A stretch of 64,000 nt of DNA from Patescibacteria group bacterium (GTDB lineage Bacteria; Patescibacteriota; Microgenomatia; Levybacterales; GWA1-39-11). The notes below the pieces were generated by a model. It was not told the DNA's origin and did no database searches. It worked only from the letters and a program-made list of their open reading frames with translations. The translations under genes and the position numbers were made by a program. Positions within the stretch are counted from its first letter, which is position 1, and the number at the start of each line of letters is the position of its first letter. The stretch is from NCBI GenBank assembly GCA_035549295.1, contig DASZRG010000051.1:17841-81840 (forward strand), read 5' to 3'. This document shows, piece after piece, positions 45,257 to 53,744 of this stretch.

Positions 45257-45272
45257 TATTCGCATAGCGTAT
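45257..45272 (+). promoter_or_regulatory. Conserved motif TATTCGCATAGCGTAT upstream of the first pilin operon
   Basis: 15 of 16 positions match TATTCGCGTAGCGTAT at 48689-48704, upstream of the second pilin gene. Confidence 0.5.
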
Positions 45273-45332
45273 GCTGCTGCGCAAGGCCGGCAACCTTGAC
45301 TTGGGGTGGATACTTGCCTAACATGAATTAAG

Positions 45333-46715
45333 GTGAGATTTTTCAAAATCGGTCGCTTTTTTCTTTGTGTTGCCTTAGCGTTGACTTTCGTCGCTCTACT
45401 CGCCCGCAATTCAGGCGCGGACGACACGCCAACTCCCGCTCCAAACGCAAATGGAGGACAAGGGGCAATTGGGTATACACTTAACGGCCAGGACCCGAAC
45501 ACCTTCTATGTTGATGGGAATAGTCCGACTGTTGACATAACATACTCGGGACTTGCACCAAACGACAACGTATACGTCTACCCTAAAACCAATCAAGCGA
45601 ATATTGCGTTTGACAGAAAAGCATACGCCGCAGGAACGGCTGATGCAAACGGCTCTGTAACCGTTACCACATGCGGCGATGGAGACAGCGCACTCAAAGG
45701 CTCTTTCATATCATCAAAAAAGACGTGCAAGACAGATGGTCACGACTATTTCCACGAAGGAAACATATATAGTCTAGGTCTTTATGATGATGCCGAAGGA
45801 CAAGCCCAGATAGAGGTCGCGTCTTTTTATGCTTATCATTCCTACCCTACTGTAAAAATTGAGGCGCAGCCACAGGGGACGCTATCAACAGTTAAAGTTA
45901 CAGTCGCGGGTCACAGACTTGGGGACAGCAATGAAAACAACTATCAACTAGTCTTGCAGGACGCAGGAAGCGCACCAGCGCTTGAAGACTCCGGTGGAGA
46001 AAAGTATCTAGCAGAACAGTGCCTTACGATAAAATCAGGTCCCCCAACCGTCAAGAGCGGTTCTCAAGCCGACTTTCAAAATGCCGATACCACAGGCGGC
46101 GTAAGTAAAACCTTCAACGCAGGCAGCAATTCGCCAGACAAATCGGCTGGATCAAGCACTGCCGGTATTTCAGACGGAGAATATCTCCTAAAAGTCAATG
46201 CACAAATACACGAGGGCGGAATTCTTGCTGGACGTTCTGACACATGTCAAGGAGGATTCACCTACCTATTTATACCTTTTACTCTACGCCAGGGTAAAAT
46301 TACGCTCGGAAAGGCAGAGTACGATCCGCACGGATCCGACTCCACGGATGTAGAAAAGCTTGGGGATTCATACGCAGCACCCTGCGCAAAGGTAACTAGC
46401 ATTCCCGGCACCTCCGGTGATCTTCAAACGTGTGCAGCAGTAAGAACCGCGATAGGCAATATGAGCGTAACACCCGAGGGGTTCGTCAAAAGTCTTTTTG
46501 AATTTATGCTGATGCTTGCCACTTTTGGGGGACTCATAATCATTATTTATTCAGGCTATATCATCATGATGTCGCGCGGCGACAAGGAAAAAATCGCAGC
46601 AGCTCGTGAGACATTGACGTCCGCCATAGTCGGGTTGTTGTTTATAGTTTTGTCGATTGTTATACTTGAAATTATAGGGGTCGATATACTTCGACTTCCA
46701 GGATTTAGCCGATAA
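45333..46715 (+). CDS. Secreted ~370-aa Gly/Thr/Ser-rich domain fused to a C-terminal VirB2/TrbC-like two-TM T4SS pilin domain
   Basis: GTG start and signal peptide 'MRFFKIGRFFLCVALALTFVALLA'. The C-terminus 'LATFGGLIIIIYSGYIIMMSRGDKEKIAAARETLTSAIVGLLFIVLSIVILEIIG' has the same TM–G/SxGD–K…AR–TM pattern as the three small pilin paralogs. Confidence 0.5.
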   Translation: MRFFKIGRFFLCVALALTFVALLARNSGADDTPTPAPNANGGQGAIGYTLNGQDPNTFYVDGNSPTVDITYSGLAPNDNVYVYPKTNQANIAFDRKAYAAGTADANGSVTVTTCGDGDSALKGSFISSKKTCKTDGHDYFHEGNIYSLGLYDDAEGQAQIEVASFYAYHSYPTVKIEAQPQGTLSTVKVTVAGHRLGDSNENNYQLVLQDAGSAPALEDSGGEKYLAEQCLTIKSGPPTVKSGSQADFQNADTTGGVSKTFNAGSNSPDKSAGSSTAGISDGEYLLKVNAQIHEGGILAGRSDTCQGGFTYLFIPFTLRQGKITLGKAEYDPHGSDSTDVEKLGDSYAAPCAKVTSIPGTSGDLQTCAAVRTAIGNMSVTPEGFVKSLFEFMLMLATFGGLIIIIYSGYIIMMSRGDKEKIAAARETLTSAIVGLLFIVLSIVILEIIGVDILRLPGFSR

Positions 46716-46716
46716 C

Positions 46717-47055
46717 ATGAAGGAGTTATTATCTCTCTCTATTCCCCAGGGAGCCGACAGCACCCCGGTCCAGATACAAACCCCCGCAGACATTCCGTCC
46801 GGAGTGTCACTCGGCGCACTTGTCACAACGCTTTTACAAGCCGCGATGGTTTTTGGAATACTTATGTCTCTTGGCTTTTTTGTATACGGCGGTCTTCATT
46901 GGGTACAGTCTCGCGGCGACAAAGAGTCACTTAACAAATCGAGGAGGATTTTGATATATGCAGTCTTTGGACTCATTGTGATGTCTCTTGCACTCGTTAT
47001 TGTAAACGTTATAACAAGCGCCCTAGGAGTACAGAATCTAATCTCAGGAAATTAA
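46717..47055 (+). CDS. VirB2/TrbC-like two-TM T4SS pilin-like protein
   Basis: '…MVFGILMSLGFFVYGGLHWVQSRGDKESLNKSRRILIYAVFGLIVMSLALVIVN…'. The ATG lies 2 nt after the upstream stop. Confidence 0.5.
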   Translation: MKELLSLSIPQGADSTPVQIQTPADIPSGVSLGALVTTLLQAAMVFGILMSLGFFVYGGLHWVQSRGDKESLNKSRRILIYAVFGLIVMSLALVIVNVITSALGVQNLISGN

Positions 47056-47057
47056 AA

Positions 47058-48506
47058 TTACTTTATAAAGACAACATCTGAGTTGTCATGATAAACAATT
47101 CGCCACCCGTCTTTCGTAAGAGTTTTTGCTAAATCAAAGCTTTTTTGATTTTTTATGAATAATGAGGCTATCAAGCCTGTGAGGTCCTGCGATTTTTTCT
47201 TGGGCTTAGGCAGCAAAACAAGGCGGACATTGAATTTATCAAAGATTTTTTTATAATTACTTTTTTCGGACATAAGCGCTTGATAATCATAGAAGGCAGA
47301 ATTGCTCTGCCCGCTTGGCGCGACAAATCTCCACGACGGCATTCGGCCATCAACAAAAACTTTTTTTTCTGGAACTTTCCAGTCCAAATATCCACCCCAG
47401 TTGTAAATCGAAAATAAGTTGCCGGAAACCTTCTCTTGCTTTAAAAAATCGATTACCTGATCCGTAGGATAATAGTTTTTGTTAACTACGCCCTCACCGA
47501 CAGAATAATAATAGATGCGGAAAATAAAACTCGCGAGAGAAATCGTCAATAAGGCGGAGAGCGCAAAATTAAGCCTACTCTTCTGCGCGGTTTTTCTAAG
47601 GCTTGAGTAAAAATTTTCGAAAAGCGCAGGAGCTACAAAAAGATTTATCAAAATAAAATATGGAACGTTTCTTACAGACGATACCGCGAGAAAAAAAAGG
47701 AAGACGAAAAAGACTTGTTCTAGCGCTAAGATCTTGCCTCGATACTTGTACATCAGGGGTGTTTCCACCGCGGCTAGCAGAATTAGTGGAAAATTTATGA
47801 AGAATACGGCCGGAAGCCACTCTGAGATACTGAACCTAAGAGAGGCATCTGTTGCTTGGGAGAGGATTTCGCTCCAGAGCCTTATTCCGTAGGGGTTTGT
47901 AAGCGTCGCAAGAACACTGGCAAAGAAAATTGCAACATCAGACAACAATATTTTTCTTTGAAAAATCCTAACACACAAAAATACCCCCAACAGGACAATC
48001 GGCAACCCGACGCTTCCATGAAGATTTGCCCAGAATAAAATTAGAATTGGTATAAGAAAACGCGTTTTTAAATAAACTACATCATCCAGAAGAGCTTTTA
48101 AAAACAGCGCAAGAAGAAACCATGAAACCACCTGCGTCCTAACCCCAGCAAATGTAAGCAGCGCGGCCGTTGACAACACAAGCAGAACAATATTGAATTT
48201 GCTTTTTGTCGGCGAAAAACAAACAAAAAGACTCGCCGTCGCAAGCGCAGCAAACAACGCTTCGAGAAGAATGGCTCCCTGCGAGAATAAAGCCGCCAGC
48301 AACAAGTTCAACCCCCATTCGTGATCGATAAACGGGAAAGACGGCATTGTGTATGAAAAAGGGTCAGTCGCGGGAATTCCACTCTTGAGAATAAGTTCGC
48401 CCATTCGCAGATGCCAACCAAAATCCGGATCAATATTTGTTGCAGATTTTGCGAAGAAGGCGAGAAAGACTATTGCAATCAAGGCGAGCCCTAGCTTTCG
48501 ATTCAT
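47058..48506 (-). CDS. Polytopic membrane protein with C-terminal soluble domain (possible GT-C/O-antigen-ligase-like glycosyltransferase), encoded antisense within the pilin cluster
   Basis: About 12 TM helices. The start is probably the internal Met (MNRKLGLALIAIV…), 15 codons inside the ORF-track start. No catalytic motif recognised. Confidence 0.4.
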   Translation of the reverse strand: MNRKLGLALIAIVFLAFFAKSATNIDPDFGWHLRMGELILKSGIPATDPFSYTMPSFPFIDHEWGLNLLLAALFSQGAILLEALFAALATASLFVCFSPTKSKFNIVLLVLSTAALLTFAGVRTQVVSWFLLALFLKALLDDVVYLKTRFLIPILILFWANLHGSVGLPIVLLGVFLCVRIFQRKILLSDVAIFFASVLATLTNPYGIRLWSEILSQATDASLRFSISEWLPAVFFINFPLILLAAVETPLMYKYRGKILALEQVFFVFLFFLAVSSVRNVPYFILINLFVAPALFENFYSSLRKTAQKSRLNFALSALLTISLASFIFRIYYYSVGEGVVNKNYYPTDQVIDFLKQEKVSGNLFSIYNWGGYLDWKVPEKKVFVDGRMPSWRFVAPSGQSNSAFYDYQALMSEKSNYKKIFDKFNVRLVLLPKPKKKSQDLTGLIASLFIKNQKSFDLAKTLTKDGWRIVYHDNSDVVFIK

Positions 48507-48575
48507 CACCTTGATATTGTAGCGCACGGAAGATTTAGACGCCACGAACATGGACTACACACTACCCTAATTTAC

Positions 48576-48601
48576 CCGAATTATCCGAATGGGTTCCGAA
48601 T
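48576..48601. repeat. Three direct CCGAAT repeats (CCGAATTATCCGAATGGGTTCCGAAT)
   Basis: Read directly. (A/C)CGAAT clusters also occur at 36311-36340, upstream of the VirB6-like gene, and ATTCG inverted copies at 48662-48695. Confidence 0.5.
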
Positions 48602-48688
48602 GATCATTATGATTAACACGCCTCGTGGGCTTATCTAAGGGTTATTAATCAAATCAAGCATTCGAGCATATTCGTTAACATTCGGGCG

Positions 48689-48704
48689 TATTCGCGTAGC
48701 GTAT
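48689..48704 (+). promoter_or_regulatory. Conserved motif TATTCGCGTAGCGTAT upstream of pilin gene 48841
   Basis: Second copy of the motif at 45257-45272. Confidence 0.5.
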
Positions 48705-48748
48705 TGCCTCTGGGTAAACCGCCCCTCATCTGCCCTGCTTCGCAGGAC

Positions 48749-48797
48749 ACCCCTCTCCCAACAAGAGAGGGGATCAAGGTTTTAGGCTATTACCAGG
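48749..48797. repeat. REP-like conserved intergenic element, copy 3 (diverged left arm)
   Basis: CCCCTCTC-CCAACAA-GAGAGGGG hairpin followed by ATCAAGGTTTTAGGCTATTACCAGG. Confidence 0.5.
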
Positions 48798-48805
48798 AAC
48801 TAGGC

Positions 48806-48834
48806 TTGACAATCTTTTTAAAACATGCTGTAAT
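48806..48834 (+). promoter_or_regulatory. Strong sigma70-like promoter TTGACA-N17-TGTAAT, 6 nt upstream of ATG 48841 (leaderless-type)
   Basis: Read directly. The downstream ORF starts with a signal peptide. Confidence 0.5.
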
Positions 48835-48840
48835 TGTCTC

Positions 48841-49251
48841 ATGAGGAAGTTTTTATCACCGGCACTAGCCTCCGCCGCACTTCTCGCAACTGCCATTCCT
48901 GCTCTTGCTGATGACAGCGTGCTTAACGCCTCCGTTGGACAAGCTAACGGAACGATTCCAGCCAACACCTCGCTCGGCTCTATCATTACTTTTATCGTTG
49001 CGTTTATCATCATCTTTGCGATTCTTGCAGCTCTTATGTTCATCGTCATCGGAGCACTTCAATGGATCACGTCAGGAGGAGACAAACAGAGAGTCTCTGA
49101 TGCTCGAAATCACATTATCGCAGCCGTTATCGGTCTTATCGTTATCGCGCTCTCGTTTGTCATAATTAACGTTGTTATCACGGCTCTCGGTCTCGGATCG
49201 CTAACCAATCTTCATATCCAAACTCTTAACCAGATTAAAGGCGGCCAGTAG
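48841..49251 (+). CDS. VirB2/TrbC-like two-TM T4SS pilin-like protein with cleavable signal peptide
   Basis: Signal peptide 'MRKFLSPALASAALLATAIPALA', then '…IIFAILAALMFIVIGALQWITSGGDKQRVSDARNHIIAAVIGLIVIALSFVIIN…'. Confidence 0.5.
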   Translation: MRKFLSPALASAALLATAIPALADDSVLNASVGQANGTIPANTSLGSIITFIVAFIIIFAILAALMFIVIGALQWITSGGDKQRVSDARNHIIAAVIGLIVIALSFVIINVVITALGLGSLTNLHIQTLNQIKGGQ

Positions 49252-49410
49252 GCGGCCTGTACAGCAGTATTATTGCTCTACCCGAATTTAAAATTGGTTT
49301 ATCGTTTTAGGCTACGATGCCAGTTTCGTCCTTTGGTTACGTTAAACGTGAGACCTAACCAATACGGGCTTCGTTACCCTATAGCTTAAACCGATCGGAA
49401 CAACTGCTTG

Positions 49411-49466
49411 CGATACCCTTGATACTCTTGATGCCCTTGATACCCCTGACGGCTCTCGTGTATAAC
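49411..49466 (+). promoter_or_regulatory. Triple CTTGATAC repeat providing -35 (TTGATA, 49437-49442), then N18 and TATAAC -10 (49461-49466), 6 nt upstream of ATG 49473
   Basis: Read directly. The sequence is the reverse complement of the GTATCAAG tandem motif. Confidence 0.5.
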
Positions 49467-49472
49467 TAAACT

Positions 49473-49781
49473 ATGGCTACAATTCAAACAACAAGCCTTC
49501 AGGGCTGCTACAAGGATGGGGTCGCAACGCTCGCCTGTATACCGGTAGTTATTCAAAACGTAATAAATTTTTTAGTCATGTTCGCCGGAATTGTTTGCGT
49601 TTTTCTCATAGTCTATGCCGGAATTAGACTGGTTATGTCAGAGGGTGATCCGGAGAAAATCTCAACTGCCCGCAAAACTCTCATCTACGCTATCTTCGGG
49701 CTTGTGATCGTCATCATGTCCTTCTTCATCCTAGGACTCGTGTCGGGTCTCACGGGGGTGAGCCGTATCGCCCCCAAATAG
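49473..49781 (+). CDS. VirB2/TrbC-like two-TM T4SS pilin-like protein
   Basis: '…FLVMFAGIVCVFLIVYAGIRLVMSEGDPEKISTARKTLIYAIFGLVIVIMSFFILG…'. Confidence 0.5.
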   Translation: MATIQTTSLQGCYKDGVATLACIPVVIQNVINFLVMFAGIVCVFLIVYAGIRLVMSEGDPEKISTARKTLIYAIFGLVIVIMSFFILGLVSGLTGVSRIAPK

Positions 49782-49826
49782 CCTGTTTTCTTGACAACAA
49801 GCTCCACATTCCTATATTCTTTTGTT

Positions 49827-50147
49827 ATGGATCAAAATGCCGATTTTGCGGCTCGTCGCGAAGCACTACTTGAGGAATTCACCAAAATCATGGCTGAGGC
49901 CTTAAAAAGTGGGCATATATCACCTGAGGAATCTCGAGAAGCATCGAGATTTATTGTTTTAAATTTTAATGACACCAAAGATAAATACGAGCTAAAGGTC
50001 TGGACAGAAGAGCTTGCGCTAAGATACCCCATCTTCAAACAAGCCCTAGTCTCTTTTGAAGAAAATGACGCCGAAGAAGCAGATCAGCAACAAATCGCGG
50101 CAACCGAGGAAAAACTAAACGAACTTATTCACCAAACACAAAACTAA
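49827..50147 (+). CDS. Small acidic hypothetical protein
   Basis: The ORF-track TTG start (49791) coincides with a TTGACA -35. TTGACA-N16-TATATT-N8-ATG places the real start at ATG 49827 (MDQNADF…). The next gene starts 2 nt after the stop. Confidence 0.35.
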   Translation: MDQNADFAARREALLEEFTKIMAEALKSGHISPEESREASRFIVLNFNDTKDKYELKVWTEELALRYPIFKQALVSFEENDAEEADQQQIAATEEKLNELIHQTQN

Positions 50148-50148
50148 T

Positions 50149-52365
50149 ATGGCTGATATTAAAAATCCGGAAAATGTTGCTCTCGGAATGGGGCCTGAGA
50201 AATCGACTCTTCCGACAGGCATAGATCCCAAATTTGACGAAGCCCACAGAATGGCAAACGAGCTCATCGATGTACGAAATGGACAAAAAAGTGTTGCCGA
50301 AAGAATTTCACACAATGCCTCCTACAGAGACTTTGACGACCGAAGCGAAGAAGCCTTTCTGGTGGGTTTTACAGGGGGAGAAGGAAGACTGGATAAAACA
50401 ACCGGAAAAGTTGACCTCACAGGCGTTGGCGCTCTGGGCCGAGAAAACTACAACCATGCTCGTGATATCTATAAAAAAAACGAACAAGCGCTTACCTATA
50501 CTCAAATCAGAAAAGAAGCAGCCAGAGACGGAAAACCAATCGATGAGGCTCGCAGACAGCATGGAATCAGATCTGCCGACTTTATAAAACTGAGAGAAAA
50601 CGCGCTCGATACGCTTTGCGCTGAAGGTGGTCTCAACACTATATTTCCTGAACTTAAAACAATTGGCGCCACAGAAAGAAGGGACTATATTGATCAGGTC
50701 CTCGCAAGTGACCCAAGACTGAATGAACTAATCCTGGACAACATGGAGGCGTTTCAGAAACGCATCTCAGAGCTCAAGCCTCTTGCAAAAACAGAAGAAA
50801 GACGACTTGCAGAAGAAGCTCAAACAAAGGCAGAAAAGGGCGTGAACGATACGCTTGACAATCTAGTAAGAAGCGCGGGAATTCCTATCACAGAAATTGC
50901 GGCGGTAAAAAACAGAGTGAAGACCGAGCTTGAGAGCGGCGCAACGTCTAGCAGAATGCAAGACCAATTATACCAAGAGAGGCTCAAACTGATTGGCATC
51001 ACCTCTCCCCAAAATTATGCAGACTACCAAACTGCGCGAGTTGCATTCGACACAGCGAACACAGTAAAAGGCAATATAGAAGCTGAAATTGCAAAACTGG
51101 AAAGCGACGCGGGGACCGCAACCAATCCTGCCCTTAAGGACAGCATTAGAAACAAAATAGCATTAAGAAGAGCCGATGCAACCGCGGCACTTAACAGCCT
51201 GGCGACTGCAACTGCGAATCTTAACGATGTTAAATCTAAAATCGGCCTGAACGACGACAATTTGATTAAAGACAGAGCAAGACAAGTTGACGAAATAAAA
51301 TATGCAATTTATGGGGAAAAACAGCCAGACGGAAACTATAGGGGTGGAGTCGCAGAGATTGGCGGTAGACTAGTTGACAGGCAACTTGATCTACACAACG
51401 CCCGAATAGAGCTTAAAAAAACTGACACTGCCGAAACTGACGCTGAGCGAGCCACGAGACTTCGCGAAGAAAGAGCAATCGCGGAAGACATGAAAGGACT
51501 ACTGTCGACCTCAATCAATGAACTACTCTCCGAAAGGGCTGGAAAACTAGACGGCCTACACAAAGCGAAGCTTGAGAAGATGCAGGAGGAGGCACGGAAA
51601 AAAGGAGACAAAGAGAGCGAGGCATGGGCCAAAAAGTATAAAGATGAACTTGACAAGCTTAATCCTTTTAATGACAAAAAGAAGAAGCGCGAACCCAACA
51701 GAAACGAAATCAGGCTCCATGCCGATAGTCTTATTCAGAAAGGAGAAGACGGAGCCATGGAACGCGTCGCGGGCATGGCCGGATACGATCTCTTAGGTCT
51801 TGAGGAAGGCCCAGCAAGAGATAAGGTCGCGGGGCAGCTCTTTGCTGGCGTAGACTATGCCTCCCTCAATGATGACCAAAAGCAAGAAGTTGATGACAAC
51901 ATCAAGATTAAGAAAGAAAAATTTGATGCTTTCTACAAAAAGGTCGGCGATGACTACAAAGACACAGTTCTTAAGGACCTTTTCCTAGCCCGTGGGCTCC
52001 GAGACAAAACAATATTGGGGAGGACAACAGGAGAGTTATCATTCTCAAACGACGAATGGCGAATGTTGCACGAAAAGTTCGGAGATCGCTTTGATAAAGC
52101 CCTTGCGGCATCGGGCGAAAACAAGCAAATCGATGAAAAACTCAAAGCAGCTGGAATCACCGACGCCCTGTCGATGTTCAAATGGAAATATCTATGGTGG
52201 GCACTGGGAGCAGCTGCCGCGGCTAGCGTTGTTGGAGGCAGCATTGCAACAGGAGGAGCGTTTGCCCCCGTGGCAGGCCTTGCGTTCAGCGGAGCAAAGA
52301 CCGGAGCCAATTTCCTATTCGGCGGAGGTGGAAGCGCAGACTACGCCACGTCAGCGGCCGCCTAG
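50149..52365 (+). CDS. Long coiled-coil protein with C-terminal Gly/Ala-rich hydrophobic anchor (T4SS accessory/structural candidate)
   Basis: 738 aa, predominantly heptad-like K/E/A/L-rich sequence. The C-terminus is 'WKYLWWALGAAAAASVVGGSIATGGAFAPVAGLAFSGAKTGANFLFGGGG'. Confidence 0.4.
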   Translation: MADIKNPENVALGMGPEKSTLPTGIDPKFDEAHRMANELIDVRNGQKSVAERISHNASYRDFDDRSEEAFLVGFTGGEGRLDKTTGKVDLTGVGALGRENYNHARDIYKKNEQALTYTQIRKEAARDGKPIDEARRQHGIRSADFIKLRENALDTLCAEGGLNTIFPELKTIGATERRDYIDQVLASDPRLNELILDNMEAFQKRISELKPLAKTEERRLAEEAQTKAEKGVNDTLDNLVRSAGIPITEIAAVKNRVKTELESGATSSRMQDQLYQERLKLIGITSPQNYADYQTARVAFDTANTVKGNIEAEIAKLESDAGTATNPALKDSIRNKIALRRADATAALNSLATATANLNDVKSKIGLNDDNLIKDRARQVDEIKYAIYGEKQPDGNYRGGVAEIGGRLVDRQLDLHNARIELKKTDTAETDAERATRLREERAIAEDMKGLLSTSINELLSERAGKLDGLHKAKLEKMQEEARKKGDKESEAWAKKYKDELDKLNPFNDKKKKREPNRNEIRLHADSLIQKGEDGAMERVAGMAGYDLLGLEEGPARDKVAGQLFAGVDYASLNDDQKQEVDDNIKIKKEKFDAFYKKVGDDYKDTVLKDLFLARGLRDKTILGRTTGELSFSNDEWRMLHEKFGDRFDKALAASGENKQIDEKLKAAGITDALSMFKWKYLWWALGAAAAASVVGGSIATGGAFAPVAGLAFSGAKTGANFLFGGGGSADYATSAAA

Positions 52366-52461
52366 GTACACCCGCTTTTCACATCTACGCATAAAGGCCC
52401 ATAATTTTGACCCACTTTGATAATCTTGCATTGAAAATTTTCACGTTATACGCTAATCTAC

Positions 52462-53655
52462 ATGGAAAACCACCCTATTCCGCAGGACGTCACAGGCTTC
52501 AAGTTTAAGCTAATCGGAAGTGTTACGGTCAAACAATTCCTATATCTTCTAGGATTTGGCATACTCACAACGGTTATGTTTGTTCTTCATATAAATCTTT
52601 TTATAAAGGTACCATTCATGCTTATTTTCGCGAGTATTGGCGCTGCGCTCGCCTTTATACCGATTGAGGGAAGACCCATGGATGTTATGATTGCAAATTT
52701 TGCAAAAACTATTCCTGCAGAAAATAGATTTATTTATAAAAAGCGCGGCGTAAACCTTGCTTCATACGAATTTTTTAAGCCTCCTGTTGCAAAACCAACA
52801 GCGACAGCTACCACCACGCAGCAAAAACCAACGAACAACGAAGGCGCAGACGACAAACGAGCCGCGCTGATAAGCAGACTTAGAAATTCCTCTTTTAGGC
52901 CCGATGCTGATGAGGTCAAAAATCTCAATAACATACATGCTCTTTTTGAGGGTAAAAATGTACCCGTCCAAAAGCTTCCAGATCTTGCGCCCAGCGCAAC
53001 TACTGCACAAGGCGTCATGCCAAGCATTGCGACTATTGCGCCTGCTCCGACCGCCACACCTGCAGCGGGCGACCTAATGGATACCGCCAAAAAAGAAGAA
53101 CAGCTTACCGCACTTGACAAACAACTCGCGGAAGAGAAAAAGGCACAAGAGGAAGCGCGAGCCGAAGAACTAAAAGTTATAGCGACTCCACCGCCTCAAC
53201 CCAAAAAGGAAGAGCCAACAATTCGCACGGGGGACGAAAACGTCGGCAGGACAACTGTTCCTGTCGCGCCAAAAATAGAAGCGCCTACCGAACAGGCAAA
53301 CCCCACTCTTTCGGCTGGCTTTCCAACACTCCCTGACGTTCCAAATGTAATTCTTGGAATTGTTCGCGATGCCCGAGGACGAACATTACCAAACATTCTC
53401 GTTGAAGTAGTTGACGCCAACAATATACCCGTCCGAGCATTTAAAACAAACGCTCTCGGACAGTTTGCGTCGGCTACCCCACTTTCAAACGGCACATACC
53501 ACATCTCGCTTGAGGACGCGAGCAAAACTCATGAGTTTAAAATGATCGAAGTGAACCTAGCAGGCGATATTTTCCAGCCACTTGAGATCGTCTCAACCGA
53601 TGCTCGAGAGAAATTAAGACAAGAGCTTTTCGGAGGAAATATGGCAGCGGCCTAG
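52462..53655 (+). CDS. PrgI/VirB3-like membrane protein with Ala/Pro/Thr-rich linker and C-terminal beta-sandwich-like domain
   Basis: The N-terminus 'PIPQDVTGFKFKLIGSVTVKQFLYLLGFGILTTVMFV…' matches my recollection of the PrgI-family pattern (P-x-D…k-hG-x-T-x-RQ, then two TM helices). The rest is low-complexity with a ~100-aa C-terminal domain. Confidence 0.4.
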   Translation: MENHPIPQDVTGFKFKLIGSVTVKQFLYLLGFGILTTVMFVLHINLFIKVPFMLIFASIGAALAFIPIEGRPMDVMIANFAKTIPAENRFIYKKRGVNLASYEFFKPPVAKPTATATTTQQKPTNNEGADDKRAALISRLRNSSFRPDADEVKNLNNIHALFEGKNVPVQKLPDLAPSATTAQGVMPSIATIAPAPTATPAAGDLMDTAKKEEQLTALDKQLAEEKKAQEEARAEELKVIATPPPQPKKEEPTIRTGDENVGRTTVPVAPKIEAPTEQANPTLSAGFPTLPDVPNVILGIVRDARGRTLPNILVEVVDANNIPVRAFKTNALGQFASATPLSNGTYHISLEDASKTHEFKMIEVNLAGDIFQPLEIVSTDAREKLRQELFGGNMAAA

Positions 53656-53744
53656 CTGAGATTTACGTGGATTTTATAGCTGATTCCCGCAGATAAATCT
53701 CTTTCGTTGTTAATAAGTTTAATAATCAGCGATAATCTTTTTGT

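Noticed and set aside
10245-49444. Possibility that the GTATCAAG repeats or the REP-like elements form a CRISPR array
   Set aside because: Copies are dispersed singly or in tandem pairs or triples of 8 nt with no regular spacers of 25-40 nt. No cas genes are visible, so this is not a CRISPR array.
51336-53120. Ser/Ala-rich antisense ORFs (51336..51698, 51954..52310, 52734..53120) and the Ala-rich ORFs at 56837..57317
   Set aside because: They lie opposite coiled-coil or Ala/Gly-rich coding regions. Low-complexity sequence on one strand creates open frames on the other, and they have no independent support.
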